From a virus, in the IMG/VR virus record IMGVR_UViG_3300020724_000005: a stretch of DNA of 64,000 bases. The stretch is one strand, 5' to 3'. Every line of letters begins with the position of its first letter. Position 1 is the stretch's first letter. Below are positions 1 to 9,837 of the stretch, piece by piece. Position numbers and translations under genes: made by a program. The notes beneath the pieces are model-generated. The model was not told the DNA's origin. It saw only the letters and a list, made by a program, of their open reading frames with translations, and did not search any database.

Positions 1-643
1 ATGATGAAGTAGAACCAAAATTTACAGTACCAGAAACAGTTATAGTTCCTGCTGAATTGAATACAAGACTTAAACCTAGATTACCACTCCCTGTCCAAGT
101 ACTATTACCAGCTAAAACAATTGTAGATGCTGCTCCTGGAGTGTTAAAATTTAAGTCAGCATTAACATTAAAAGTTCCAGTTACTGTTAGGTTAAAAGCA
201 CCTGACATTCTGGTAAGAACACCTACAGTTAAATTATTAACTGAAAAGTTAGATGAAGTTAATGTTTTTATTCCATTACTAGTTGCAAAGGTTAATAACC
301 CTCCCCAACTCCCCCCTGCTCCCGACGCTAATGTAGTACTCCCAGCAGCTACCAAAGCACTGGATCCTGAGACACTAACAGTTGTAGTTCCTAAAGTAAC
401 AGTTCCACCAGTAGTTGTAGTAATAGTATTTGACATGGTTATGGTATTAGTATAACCTGTAAAATTTATAGATAAACATACTCCAGCAACATCTACTGTA
501 CAGTTTCCTGAGTTAGCATCAAATACAGCAGTATCAGCAGTAGTAGGTACTGCCCCACCAGTTCCACCACCTGAACTTAAACTCCAGTTGGTAGATACAC
601 TCCAGTTTACGTTACCACTATTTCTAAAATAATATGTTGCCAT
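1..643 (-). CDS. Tail-fibre / receptor-binding-like protein, N-terminal part only (ORF runs off the window start); paralog of 647..1408
   Basis: ATG at 641-643 on the minus strand. Hand translation MATYYFRNSGNVNWSVSTNWSLSSGGGTGGAVPTTADTAVFDANSGNCTVDVAGVCLSINFTGYTNTITM... stays open to base 1. The first ~70 aa align with the 647..1408 product. The listed + ORF 57..455 is its antisense shadow. Confidence 0.7.
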   Translation of the reverse strand, partial: MATYYFRNSGNVNWSVSTNWSLSSGGGTGGAVPTTADTAVFDANSGNCTVDVAGVCLSINFTGYTNTITMSNTITTTTGGTVTLGTTTVSVSGSSALVAAGSTTLASGAGGSWGGLLTFATSNGIKTLTSSNFSVNNLTVGVLTRMSGAFNLTVTGTFNVNADLNFNTPGAASTIVLAGNSTWTGSGNLGLSLVFNSAGTITVSGTVNFGSTSS

Positions 644-646
644 TGT

Positions 647-1408
647 TTAAAATCCTCCTAAGAAAGTAAATGATGTATTTACTGGAAAAACTGACATATC
701 TTGCCAGTTTAAAGTATTACTTAATACTCCACTGTATGTCCATATTGTTTGCCCATTGGAGCTGTCTATCCATGTTCCATCTAAAAATCCGTTATCCTGT
801 GTTCCAGTCAAGGTAAGTATTGCGTATGTTCCTGCAGAAGATGATGTAAGTATTATGTGGGAAGTAGCAGTCCCTGTGGTTGTCATCGCACCTGTTATAG
901 TATAAGTGTTTCCTGCAACCAATGTATGCGTAAGACCTGCAGTAGTACAAGTAAAATTGTTTGTAGTAAACCCATTAGTACCTGCAAATGTTAGCGCTGC
1001 TGATAAAGTCAAAGTACCTCCTATTGTAAATACAAATGAGTTTATGGTTATGGTTGATGTTGCTGATACTGTAATGGAGTTGGGCCATGTTTTATTATTG
1101 CTTATCCAAGTACTAGAAGCATTAAAGGTTAACCCACTTGCTCCTGATATTGTCATACCTGAAACTAATGTAATATTTCCTGATATCGTAAGTCCATTGG
1201 TCATTGTCAATGTACCAGTATAGCCAGTACAAGTAAGAGATTTACAAACAGAAGCTGCGTCTACTGTACATCCACCTGAGTTGTTATCTAAAATAGCATC
1301 ATCTGTAGCAGTTGGCACAGCACCGTTGGCCAGACCTCCTGAAGAAGTTGACCAGCTGGATGCTGCACTCCAGTTACCGTTAGAATTTCTAAAGTAATAA
1401 GTTGCCAT
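647..1408 (-). CDS. Tail-fibre / receptor-binding-like protein (T/S/G-rich, beta-helix-like)
   Basis: 253-aa ATG ORF. The N-terminus MATYYFRNSNGNWSAASSWSTSSGG..VPTATDDAILDNNSGGCTVDAASVCKSLTCTGYTGTLTM is shared with the upstream paralog. It lies at the distal end of the virion gene block. Confidence 0.65.
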   Translation of the reverse strand: MATYYFRNSNGNWSAASSWSTSSGGLANGAVPTATDDAILDNNSGGCTVDAASVCKSLTCTGYTGTLTMTNGLTISGNITLVSGMTISGASGLTFNASSTWISNNKTWPNSITVSATSTITINSFVFTIGGTLTLSAALTFAGTNGFTTNNFTCTTAGLTHTLVAGNTYTITGAMTTTGTATSHIILTSSSAGTYAILTLTGTQDNGFLDGTWIDSSNGQTIWTYSGVLSNTLNWQDMSVFPVNTSFTFLGGF

Positions 1409-1409
1409 G

Positions 1410-1652
1410 TTATATTGTCACTACTTGTCCTATTGGTACTTGGGGTATGATAGCTGCTACTTGCTGTGTGCGCGTTATTCTTGCTTGCTCAGATTGCCCT
1501 CTGATGGAGAGACTCAAATTGATATAATCTATTGAATCTGGAGCAAAGATAGCAACTACTATTTCTTGTTTTGTACCGTCATCAAATGTATACTCTGCCG
1601 TAACATTTAAAGTTTCTCCTGCCTGTTCTGTCGATAAAATTTTGTAAGTCAT
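1410..1652 (-). CDS. Hypothetical small protein (fibre-associated by position)
   Basis: 80-aa ATG ORF packed 1 nt from the next gene, co-directional with the fibre genes. Confidence 0.6.
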   Translation of the reverse strand: MTYKILSTEQAGETLNVTAEYTFDDGTKQEIVVAIFAPDSIDYINLSLSIRGQSEQARITRTQQVAAIIPQVPIGQVVTI

Positions 1653-1666
1653 AAATTTATTTATTT

Positions 1667-4600
1667 TTAAGGTAATGTTCTTATTGCTACGAATTGTACT
1701 GTAACTCTGCTTAAAGTTGTTGCTGAGTTAACAACAAATTCCATTATGTCGTTTGCGTTTATGTTTGTTGAAGTCCATCCTGAAACGCTCGCTGATGCAA
1801 ATTGTTGGGAAGATAGAGACGCTGAGTTGCCAGTTCCTACCAATGAGGTTGAGTTTCTTTTTAAGTCTATCTGTATACAGCTTCCTGCACTTCCAGTATT
1901 TGCCATTACCACCCAGCTTTTGATGGATCCTGACCATGGAATAGATACATATCCTTTAGTACCTGTTGATATAGTTCCACCCTGTCCGTCTAATGTTATA
2001 CCAAAAGATGAAGTTGCAGTAGAAGCTCCACCACCTCCACCGCCAGCAGAACTTAAGGCGTACGAAGCTGTTAAAGCGTAGCTTGAGCTGACCGCGTTTA
2101 GGACATATGATGCAGTTTGGGCTGTTGTAACATAGGACGCTGTAGACGCATAAGAAGCTGTTCCAAATAGAGATCCTGTTATTGAAGATGCACTTACAAA
2201 TGATGCAGTCAGACTATTAACTGATACTCCGTCATTCGTAACTAAACTTCCGCTGAGTGTATAGCTTCCGCTTAGTATCTTGGTGTTGTACCAAACGTTA
2301 GAGTCATACATCAGTAGATCTCCGTATGTAGGACTTGTTAACAATACGTCGCTTAAAGCAGCCAAAGACGTGGTACTTACGCCGGTGCTGCCTCCTATTC
2401 CTCCTACGTTTCTAAATAGACCTCCTTGCTGTATTATCGCTCTTGTGCTTGATAGATCTGTACACCCTTTTTGTACGATTATGTACGCTACAAATATCGC
2501 GTTAAGAGCTGTATTTGGAGCTTCAGTAAACGCTTCTGTGTTTATTGCTGCCTGTGCTGCTGCTGACGTAGAATATTGCGCATTTCCATAATATACCACA
2601 AAAGCATTTGTAGGAGAATTTGGAAACCAGAATACTCTTTGGATAGTCCAGTTAGAGTTATTTACATTATTGCCTGTTACCGTAGTTAAATTTCCTGTTG
2701 TAATATTTACGTATTGACTTGGATCTATGACTGTGTATCCAGCATTTGCAACACCAGTGTCTATGACTGGAGTAGAACCTGATATGTAGTACCTGAATAT
2801 CTTTGAAGTTGTTATAGCTCCTTCTACTGTGGTAGACGGGTGGTTTGGGTTTATTGTATAATTAGCTCCCTCTCTCCACGCGTTTCCTCCTGTTTTGATG
2901 ATACTTAACGTAGATCCGCTTGGCTGTAAAACGTGCCCAGATAATTTAAGAGGTCCAAATGCTCTAAGAAAGTCATCAGATTTTTGGAATCCACCGTATG
3001 ATATCTGAGGTGAGTTAAATACTCCAGAAGATACACTGCCGCTGAGATGTAGAACAACTCCTAAAGGTATAGAATTGTCCCACTGGTTTATGTCAGTAGA
3101 TCCCCAAGGAGTGACTTGTTGTATTACAGTGCTTCCGCTATTTATGCCTACGTATGTTATCTTTGCAGAACCTGAATTGATTATGGGCTGAGAAGTATAA
3201 TTAGGCCATGATATGTACTGGACTGTTGGATACGGCGCACTTGCTGTAGAAGCATTCAGGGTGACTATTATTCCGGTTCCAGCAGATATGTTAAACGTTG
3301 TAGATCCTGTAGTTGATGATAGTATGCCTCCGCTTAGTATGCCGGTATATAATACGCTTTCTAACCAACGTAAACGAGTTGAGTTTGAATATCCTGATCC
3401 ATTCTGTGAAAAGTATAGATCTTGCGTTGAACCAGAAACGTAAATGTACGATGCTGATATCGAGTTGTCTATACTCTTTACTACTGGATTAAACTTAATT
3501 ATGCCGCTCGTCTCCATGTCTCCGTATACCCCGATCGTTGGAGTTGCTGGAGTTGTGGTTGAACCTGAGATTATGATAGATCCTGAGAGAGTCGTGTTAC
3601 CATACAGGTTGTTATTTCCTATTTGAGTAGTAGATCCAGAGATATTCAAAGATCCTGTTAACGTAGTACTGCCGATAAGCGTATTAGATCCGGATGTATT
3701 TATGCTTCCGGTGATTGTTTGATTGCCGATAAAAACGTTTGAACCTGTCGTAGCAAGACTGGCGGATTTTGACACAAACACTGGGTCTACTTCTTGGTAA
3801 TACGAAGCAGATGTGCTTGAGTAACTGTAAGAAGAGCTTATAGCATACGAAGAGCTTAAAGCTTGTGTTGCATATGAAGCTGTACCTTGCAATGAACCTG
3901 TGAATCCACCTGTAGATGATACAGACCCAGTTACGCTAAGAGATCCTGATATGATCGCTGATCCAGTGAAGGGGAATGATGCGCCTGTACCTCCATTTAG
4001 AGCATATGATGCAGTAACCGCGTATGATGAACTCAAGATGCTGTTAGATCCGTAAGGACCATACACGTTAGAACTTGTTACATATGACGCAGTAGATGAA
4101 TACGAAGCTGATGTAACTGATCCTGAAAAGTAACTTGCTGACAGCGCATAAGAAGCTGATAACGCATATGAAGCAGTCGTACTTGTGTTAGAATACGATG
4201 AGCTTAAACTGCTTGAAGCGTATGAAGCAGACAGTATAGAGTTTGCTCCATAAGGTCCATATACTTTTGATGAAGTCACAAAAGACGCTGTCTGAGCGGT
4301 TGTGGTGTACGAAGCAGTAACTGCATATGAAGCGCTCAGCACAGACATCGAACTAGTCTGGTTGCTTAACACCGCTGGGCTGCCGTTTACTGACAGTGAT
4401 CCTGTGATGCTTACGCTGCCGGTCATCACTTGAGTGTTAGTCAGAGAGTTACCGAATATGTTGCTTCCAGAGCTGAATATCACCGATGATGTCTCTGTCT
4501 GTACTACTAGAGTCTTTGCTGTGAGAGTTCCTGCTACTGTAAAGTTATCTGCATAGGAGGCCGTTACTGCTACTGTTGCAAAAGAGGCAGATATGGAGTT

Positions 4601-5878
4601 ATCTGCGTTGTTTGCATGAGAAGCGCTAGTTGAGTTTAAAGAATAAGAGCTTGATGTTGAGTTTTGCGCCTGTGAACTGCTTATGGCATATGAAGCACTT
4701 ACGACTGATCCTCCGTAGTAAGAGGCTGTTAAAGAATACGAACTAGAAACTGCATTCAAAACGTATGAGGCAGTGACTGCATTCTGAGCTTGGGAACTGC
4801 TTACGGCATAGGATCCGGATTTAGAATAAGAACTGCTTACTGAATATGATGCTGTTGATGCATAGGATGCTGTTAGAGACACAGAAGAGTAAGATGCTGT
4901 GTTGCTATAGCTTGAGCTCAGAGATGCCAAAGAATATGATGAGGATACGCTGTACGATGCTGTGCCCTGTAGCGACCCAGTAAATGACGGAGCTGTTACT
5001 CCTCCAGGCATTGAAGTTGTACCGTTATTGTAATAGTTCCAAGTATATGATCCTGAGGTTTGGGTATATGCGCCATAATCATCTACCCAAACAAGTGATT
5101 GAGTGTTGCTTGAGGCCATCTCTACATACTCCCCAGGAGCCGCTATTAAATCAACCCCACCTTCTAAAAATAAATTATATACAAGACTACCACCTCTTAA
5201 ATTTACTGAACCTGTTACTTCTACATTATTTACAAAAGCAACTTTATCCTCATATACTATTAGCCCATTCTCTGCACTATATCCGTTAACCTGCAATCCT
5301 ATGCTCTGGGTTGAATCATTATGGAAAACAAAACGACCATCATTCCACCCAAAGTAGCTCATCACAGAGTTTGTTTTTGAGAAGGTATCATTATAGAAAC
5401 GAGCTATCCGAGGAGAATCATTATTTCCGTGTATCTCTTGAATTGAATAGTTTGGACTACCAACAGTAGGGGACAGTATTATTACACCACCGCTTCCTGT
5501 TATAGTTAGATTAGTATCAAAGACTGAATTTGTTTCTCCTACTTGTAATTTAATAGTAGGTGACGCCCAAACATTATCATATTGAGCGCTTGTGTCTGCT
5601 ATTACGAATGTAGATCCAGAAACTCCAGCAGTATAGTGCGCATATCCTTCATTTGCAAACTTAATACCTGAGCCAAATCCATCTGAACTACCTCCGTCTA
5701 TTATTTGATTTCCAAAAAATAGATTTGACCCAGTTGTAGCTAAGCTTGCAGACTTTTCAACAAACACTGGATCTGTCTCATGGTAATAAGACGCGGTACC
5801 TTCTAGAGAACCTGTGAAAGTCCCCACAAAAGATCCAGATATCGGTTTTAAAAGCTGTTTACTGTTTATTTGAGCCAT
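1667..5878 (-). CDS. Long tail-fibre protein with Ser/Ala/Tyr low-complexity repeats
   Basis: 1403-aa ORF. It has duplicated boxes E(T/V)DPVFV(E/S)KSASLATTGSN.F.GNQ, three GSL.GTASY boxes, dozens of (S/T)ASY units, a G6 linker and a ~130-aa distal C-terminal domain. Confidence 0.8.
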   Translation of the reverse strand: MAQINSKQLLKPISGSFVGTFTGSLEGTASYYHETDPVFVEKSASLATTGSNLFFGNQIIDGGSSDGFGSGIKFANEGYAHYTAGVSGSTFVIADTSAQYDNVWASPTIKLQVGETNSVFDTNLTITGSGGVIILSPTVGSPNYSIQEIHGNNDSPRIARFYNDTFSKTNSVMSYFGWNDGRFVFHNDSTQSIGLQVNGYSAENGLIVYEDKVAFVNNVEVTGSVNLRGGSLVYNLFLEGGVDLIAAPGEYVEMASSNTQSLVWVDDYGAYTQTSGSYTWNYYNNGTTSMPGGVTAPSFTGSLQGTASYSVSSSYSLASLSSSYSNTASYSSVSLTASYASTASYSVSSSYSKSGSYAVSSSQAQNAVTASYVLNAVSSSYSLTASYYGGSVVSASYAISSSQAQNSTSSSYSLNSTSASHANNADNSISASFATVAVTASYADNFTVAGTLTAKTLVVQTETSSVIFSSGSNIFGNSLTNTQVMTGSVSITGSLSVNGSPAVLSNQTSSMSVLSASYAVTASYTTTAQTASFVTSSKVYGPYGANSILSASYASSSLSSSYSNTSTTASYALSASYALSASYFSGSVTSASYSSTASYVTSSNVYGPYGSNSILSSSYAVTASYALNGGTGASFPFTGSAIISGSLSVTGSVSSTGGFTGSLQGTASYATQALSSSYAISSSYSYSSTSASYYQEVDPVFVSKSASLATTGSNVFIGNQTITGSINTSGSNTLIGSTTLTGSLNISGSTTQIGNNNLYGNTTLSGSIIISGSTTTPATPTIGVYGDMETSGIIKFNPVVKSIDNSISASYIYVSGSTQDLYFSQNGSGYSNSTRLRWLESVLYTGILSGGILSSTTGSTTFNISAGTGIIVTLNASTASAPYPTVQYISWPNYTSQPIINSGSAKITYVGINSGSTVIQQVTPWGSTDINQWDNSIPLGVVLHLSGSVSSGVFNSPQISYGGFQKSDDFLRAFGPLKLSGHVLQPSGSTLSIIKTGGNAWREGANYTINPNHPSTTVEGAITTSKIFRYYISGSTPVIDTGVANAGYTVIDPSQYVNITTGNLTTVTGNNVNNSNWTIQRVFWFPNSPTNAFVVYYGNAQYSTSAAAQAAINTEAFTEAPNTALNAIFVAYIIVQKGCTDLSSTRAIIQQGGLFRNVGGIGGSTGVSTTSLAALSDVLLTSPTYGDLLMYDSNVWYNTKILSGSYTLSGSLVTNDGVSVNSLTASFVSASSITGSLFGTASYASTASYVTTAQTASYVLNAVSSSYALTASYALSSAGGGGGGASTATSSFGITLDGQGGTISTGTKGYVSIPWSGSIKSWVVMANTGSAGSCIQIDLKRNSTSLVGTGNSASLSSQQFASASVSGWTSTNINANDIMEFVVNSATTLSRVTVQFVAIRTLP

Positions 5879-5881
5879 TCC

Positions 5882-7144
5882 TTATGCAAATTTACCTATT
5901 CCTAATACTGTATCACTTGGATCAAAACCGTATCCTAAAGCTGTTGGATCTATCACCAAAGTGGATGTACTTATTCCGTCTGTTGTAAAACTAACTATCG
6001 AACTCTTTTCTACAAAAGCTCCGTTGATAAAGAAGTTGAAGTTATCTAACCCTGTCGCTGGTAGTCCTGAAGGCGCTGTTAACCATATACCTGGGAAAGT
6101 AACTGTTGCGTTATCTACGTAAGTTGCCTGTAGCTGCTTATTGGTAGAAAGGTATGTAAGGAGCAATGGATTCACAGACCCTGCGTTTATGTTGTACACG
6201 TTATTGACAGAATCGTTTATCAGCGCACCCTTGGCAGGACTTCCTGTCTTCTTAGCGGCGGTGCTTGAAGTCTCTGTTCCGCTCGTGGTCTCGAGTCCAA
6301 ACACCAGCTTTGATATCCCATACGATCTACTAGCGCCCGCTATCTTGCTCATCTCTGTGTCTGGGATCAGGTAGCCGTTCAGTGTGAGGTTAAAACTGTT
6401 TCTTACCAGCCTATCGTCTCCAAGATCATACGATAATGTGTCGGTGAATGTTTCTATGTTGCTGTAGAAAAGGAAGCGATTAGGGTCACCCCAGTAGCTT
6501 CTAGATGAAAAGTTCAATGACTCGATAATAGTATCTATCTGTTCTACAAAGTAAGTCCACACCATGCAAGTGTATTCTACAGTCACGTAGTCTGGGGTTA
6601 TCGACACCAAGTACTCTGTCTCTGGAGATCTGTTGTTCAGAGCCGCAAAGTTGCTGTATATGTTTCTCTTTGAGTATTTCTTTTGGAAGAACTGCAAGTT
6701 ATGAGCCTGGTTACCGTCGAGTTTGTTTCCTAAAGTTCTGTTCTGAGTAACTGAGTTACGTTTGAACATGATCAGAGGCGCCATAAGCTTTCCTTTCTGG
6801 TCTCTGTAGTATCCGTCTGCTTGCACGCTCTTCCAGTTCTCAGGAGTTCCGTACAATATAGGAACGTTCAGCTTGGTGTTGTTTTGAACCACCGTCGGTT
6901 TCAGTACTTGGGTAAAGTAGTACATCACCGCATCGTCTATGTCTTTTATCCCTACTGAAAATACTTTATCAGTGTCTCCTTTCAAAGAGTACTCTAAAGC
7001 TCTGTTGTTCTCTGGCTGTCCCAGCTTCTGAGGCTCTGTGAAAACTGGATCTGGAACTTGCTGTACATATGGGGTCTCAAGAGTCTTCATGAACTCTCGT
7101 CTGCTTTGTGGCCTTGTCGTCTGTATCCCGCCTTTTCCTGCCAT
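5882..7144 (-). CDS. Putative virion structural protein
   Basis: 420-aa ATG ORF, 3 nt from the fibre gene start, within the late structural operon. No motif recognised. Confidence 0.6.
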   Translation of the reverse strand: MAGKGGIQTTRPQSRREFMKTLETPYVQQVPDPVFTEPQKLGQPENNRALEYSLKGDTDKVFSVGIKDIDDAVMYYFTQVLKPTVVQNNTKLNVPILYGTPENWKSVQADGYYRDQKGKLMAPLIMFKRNSVTQNRTLGNKLDGNQAHNLQFFQKKYSKRNIYSNFAALNNRSPETEYLVSITPDYVTVEYTCMVWTYFVEQIDTIIESLNFSSRSYWGDPNRFLFYSNIETFTDTLSYDLGDDRLVRNSFNLTLNGYLIPDTEMSKIAGASRSYGISKLVFGLETTSGTETSSTAAKKTGSPAKGALINDSVNNVYNINAGSVNPLLLTYLSTNKQLQATYVDNATVTFPGIWLTAPSGLPATGLDNFNFFINGAFVEKSSIVSFTTDGISTSTLVIDPTALGYGFDPSDTVLGIGKFA

Positions 7145-7145
7145 G

Positions 7146-7637
7146 TTATAGTCTCTCTTGTTTTATTCCCAACGAATCCGGAGAAGCGTAGTGGGTCTTC
7201 AGTATCATCGAATATGAAGATCCAAAGTTCTCTAGACCGTCTTGGTATGCGTATTGGTTGTCTTTTCCTAGTATCAGCTGATTCTCGTTTACAGAGTCCA
7301 CAGAAAAATACAACTCATTGTACATGATCACATCACCCACCTCAGGAAACACGTTTGCTTGAATTAGATGGTCTTTAAAGAACCTGAACTCAACTGCCCT
7401 TGTGTTGTCTGGTCCAAACTCTGTCTGCGTGAATTCGAAGTCTCCTCTCTGTATCAAGCAGTTTATCAGCACAGGTCCTATGTAGGTTTTGTTAAGAGCC
7501 TCTCCGTATGTGTTGAAAGGCGTATCTCCTAAAACTACCTTGTAATATCCGATTGCTTGACTCACGATGTTCTCCACGACTTCTCTCGTCATAAATTTGA
7601 ACGTTGTTATGTCTCTTGTTGATCCGAATAGAGCCAT
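7146..7637 (-). CDS. Putative virion structural protein
   Basis: 163-aa ATG ORF. Its start overlaps the upstream stop by 1 nt (TAATG). Confidence 0.6.
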   Translation of the reverse strand: MALFGSTRDITTFKFMTREVVENIVSQAIGYYKVVLGDTPFNTYGEALNKTYIGPVLINCLIQRGDFEFTQTEFGPDNTRAVEFRFFKDHLIQANVFPEVGDVIMYNELYFSVDSVNENQLILGKDNQYAYQDGLENFGSSYSMILKTHYASPDSLGIKQERL

Positions 7638-8800
7638 TAGCCGATGTAGATTAATAGTGGAACGTTCAATAATGTGTCGCTTTCAGATTTTGCCTCTGCG
7701 GCTTTTCTCTCCAGCTGACTCTGTCTTGTCATATCTTCAAGCTCCTGTCTCAATCTTTCTTTCAGTGCCTGCTGCGTGTTTTGTCCTTTCGATATCAGAT
7801 CTGCTCCATTCAAAGTCACTTCAGACCCTGGAACTGGAACTTGAGTGTACTTTCCTCTCACTAGACCAAGAAGTTCAGAAGCAAGAGCCAATGTGTATTC
7901 GTATATCCACTGCCTTCCTGGTCTATTGATCTGAGAGTACGTTATCGTGCCGTATGGAACTTGAGAAGGATTAGCTACGAGGTTTGTGCTTCCGGAGTAT
8001 GGACTGTTTATGCTTGGATCTCCCATCTCGCTCTTCTTTGAATACTGGATCCAAAGGGCGCTGTTTATCTCAGGCATCGGGAATATCTTGAGCTTGTTGT
8101 TGACTATCTCAAACGTATACGCGCTTCTTCTCACAGTGTTTGACATCTCTATCTCCTGGATCCTCTGTATGTCCCAGTAGACAGGGAACAGGGTGAAGTT
8201 GAGTCCTGGAGAATACGACGCCCATCCAAAGTTCTCTGCTGCTCCTTGGTAGTTTATAGATCCACCAACGTATGGATCGTAGTATTGGTTTATCGCTGGG
8301 TTTCCTTGGTAGTACACTTGCTGCACAACGACTCTGTCTCCTGGCTGTATCCATCCTCCTGAGATAGCGATGCTCTGAATGTCGTATATCTGACTGCCCG
8401 AGTATAGTGTTATCGAGCCCGTGTACCAATCTATGTTTCCGCCAACTCCAGCAGGAGCTCCGTATGAGTCTGCTATCGTTATGACTGTATTTAGGTTTGG
8501 GACTACGACTGTGTTATTGAGAAGAGATCCAGTAGGAGAACCTTCTAGACCTAGATAGTTGTCTTTTATCTTAGACTGGTATATCTCTAGAGCATATGTG
8601 GAAACAGCCTCTTCAAAACAAGCAAAAAATTGACTATCTTGAAGCTCCACTTCCATCATGGGGTAACCTAGCTTTTTGGCACAGTAATCAGCTACTTGCA
8701 CAGATTCACTTACAAATACTGGATCTGTATCGTAAAGTCCAAACGGTGTACTACCTGTTGAGAATGAAGCGCTGCCTGGCCACGGTTGAGGGTTACTCAT
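7637..8800 (-). CDS. Putative virion structural protein
   Basis: 387-aa ATG ORF preceded by a promoter-like motif at 8814..8822. It contains a TDPVFVSES box also seen in the long fibre. Confidence 0.6.
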   Translation of the reverse strand: MSNPQPWPGSASFSTGSTPFGLYDTDPVFVSESVQVADYCAKKLGYPMMEVELQDSQFFACFEEAVSTYALEIYQSKIKDNYLGLEGSPTGSLLNNTVVVPNLNTVITIADSYGAPAGVGGNIDWYTGSITLYSGSQIYDIQSIAISGGWIQPGDRVVVQQVYYQGNPAINQYYDPYVGGSINYQGAAENFGWASYSPGLNFTLFPVYWDIQRIQEIEMSNTVRRSAYTFEIVNNKLKIFPMPEINSALWIQYSKKSEMGDPSINSPYSGSTNLVANPSQVPYGTITYSQINRPGRQWIYEYTLALASELLGLVRGKYTQVPVPGSEVTLNGADLISKGQNTQQALKERLRQELEDMTRQSQLERKAAEAKSESDTLLNVPLLIYIG

Positions 8801-8813
8801 TTTTTGTGTTTAT

Positions 8814-8822
8814 AATAAATAT
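8814..8822 (-). promoter_or_regulatory. Promoter-like motif, variant ATATTTATT (gene-sense strand)
   Basis: 13 nt upstream of the ATG at 8800. Confidence 0.4.
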
Positions 8823-8837
8823 CAGGAAAGCCGACAA

Positions 8838-9515
8838 CTAGTCCTCATATTGCTTATAAACTCTGAGGATCTCTTCTACTATCGGATCTCTGTGGTTTTG
8901 TTTGAGAGTGACTACCGCAAACTTAGGAACATCGGTAAAGTTCTTACAAATGAAATCGAACCCTGAAGTTTTTTTCTCCTTTAGATCGATCTGAGACGCA
9001 TCTCCGCAGAGCACCATCTTTGAACCTTTGCATATCCTGCCCAGCACCAATCTCATCTGATCGTGTGTTATGTTCTGTGACTCATCTACCAGCACAAGAC
9101 AGTCTGAGAAGTTTCTGCCTCTCATGAAGCCAAGAGGACATATCTCTATCTTGCCTTCTTCTACCAACTTGTCTATCTTCTCTTTGTTGTAGAGTCTGTA
9201 CATGTTATCAAACACTGGAGCTGTGAACGGCGCTAGCTTGTCTTCTTTCGATCCTGGGAGGAATCCTATGCTCGCTGCTGCCTCTACAGTGGGTCTTGTT
9301 ATGATGACCTTTTCTATGTCTTTCTTAAAGAGCATGTCCAAAGCGACCTGTGCAGCAAGCAAAGACTTACCAGAGCCCGCCTGGCCTTTCAGTATAGTCA
9401 CCGTGTTGTCAAAGATCACTTGCTTAGCCAAACGCTGTTCTTCATTCAACTGTATCTGAAACTTTATAGGGCCTTTGGGTTTTCTGCCGTTAGGACCAAC
9501 TTTTTCTTCGACCAT
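8838..9515 (-). CDS. phoH: PhoH-like ATPase
   Basis: Walker A GQAGSGKS. PhoH signature ITRPTVEAAASIGFLPGSKEDKLAPF, FMRGRNF, Walker B LVLVDESQN, and GDASQIDL. Confidence 0.9.
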   Translation of the reverse strand: MVEEKVGPNGRKPKGPIKFQIQLNEEQRLAKQVIFDNTVTILKGQAGSGKSLLAAQVALDMLFKKDIEKVIITRPTVEAAASIGFLPGSKEDKLAPFTAPVFDNMYRLYNKEKIDKLVEEGKIEICPLGFMRGRNFSDCLVLVDESQNITHDQMRLVLGRICKGSKMVLCGDASQIDLKEKKTSGFDFICKNFTDVPKFAVVTLKQNHRDPIVEEILRVYKQYED

Positions 9516-9539
9516 TATGTTTGGTTGGGTTTGAAACTA

Positions 9540-9806
9540 TTAATATCCTGGGAAGTAAGATCCGCTGTATATTATCGCAAGACCTGCTGATTGTGTCACA
9601 GAAGTTATGTTACCGTATATGCTTTGGCCTTGGTTGAATGATGCGCTTATTGAACTTCCGCTAAGATTTGAAAATTTAATGATCGCAGTGGTCCCTGTTA
9701 CTGCATAATACCAAAAGGCATCACAAGCTTTATTCACAGATCCGCTAAGTATAGCGCCTCCATTTAAACCATACGGGTCTTTTAATCCGTCTACTATTTG
9801 TGGCAT
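9540..9806 (-). CDS. Hypothetical small protein
   Basis: 88-aa ATG ORF with a promoter-like motif 12 nt upstream. Confidence 0.55.
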   Translation of the reverse strand: MPQIVDGLKDPYGLNGGAILSGSVNKACDAFWYYAVTGTTAIIKFSNLSGSSISASFNQGQSIYGNITSVTQSAGLAIIYSGSYFPGY

Positions 9807-9818
9807 GTTATTGTTTTA

Positions 9819-9827
9819 TATAAATAT
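9819..9827 (-). promoter_or_regulatory. Promoter-like motif ATATTTATA
   Basis: 12 nt upstream of the ATG at 9806. Confidence 0.5.
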
Positions 9828-9837
9828 TGAAATTATT

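Noticed and set aside
57-455. Listed + strand ORF (132 aa; TTG start), and likewise 906..1223 (+).
   Set aside because: Both lie antisense to clearly coding, paralogous minus-strand fibre genes (<1..643 and 647..1408). The P/V/L-rich translation is the typical mirror of a T/S/G/N-rich gene.
1746-5357. Series of + strand ORFs (1746..2081, 2280..2591, 3213..3443, 3444..3626, 4984..5289, 5103..5357) and the minus ORF 1728..1937.
   Set aside because: All are embedded in the 1403-aa fibre gene. The repeat-rich, stop-poor composition of its antisense and alternate frames explains them.
1667-5878. Possibility that the fibre repeats represent a CRISPR array, or a diversity-generating retroelement (TR/VR pair).
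   Set aside because: The repeats are in-frame coding microrepeats without unique spacers. I saw no reverse-transcriptase gene and no near-identical ~100-bp template/variable pair with A-specific differences in the window.
8109-8429. 106-aa minus-strand ORF in an alternate frame.
   Set aside because: It is fully nested in the 387-aa ORF 7637..8800, has an Arg-rich odd composition and has no independent start context.
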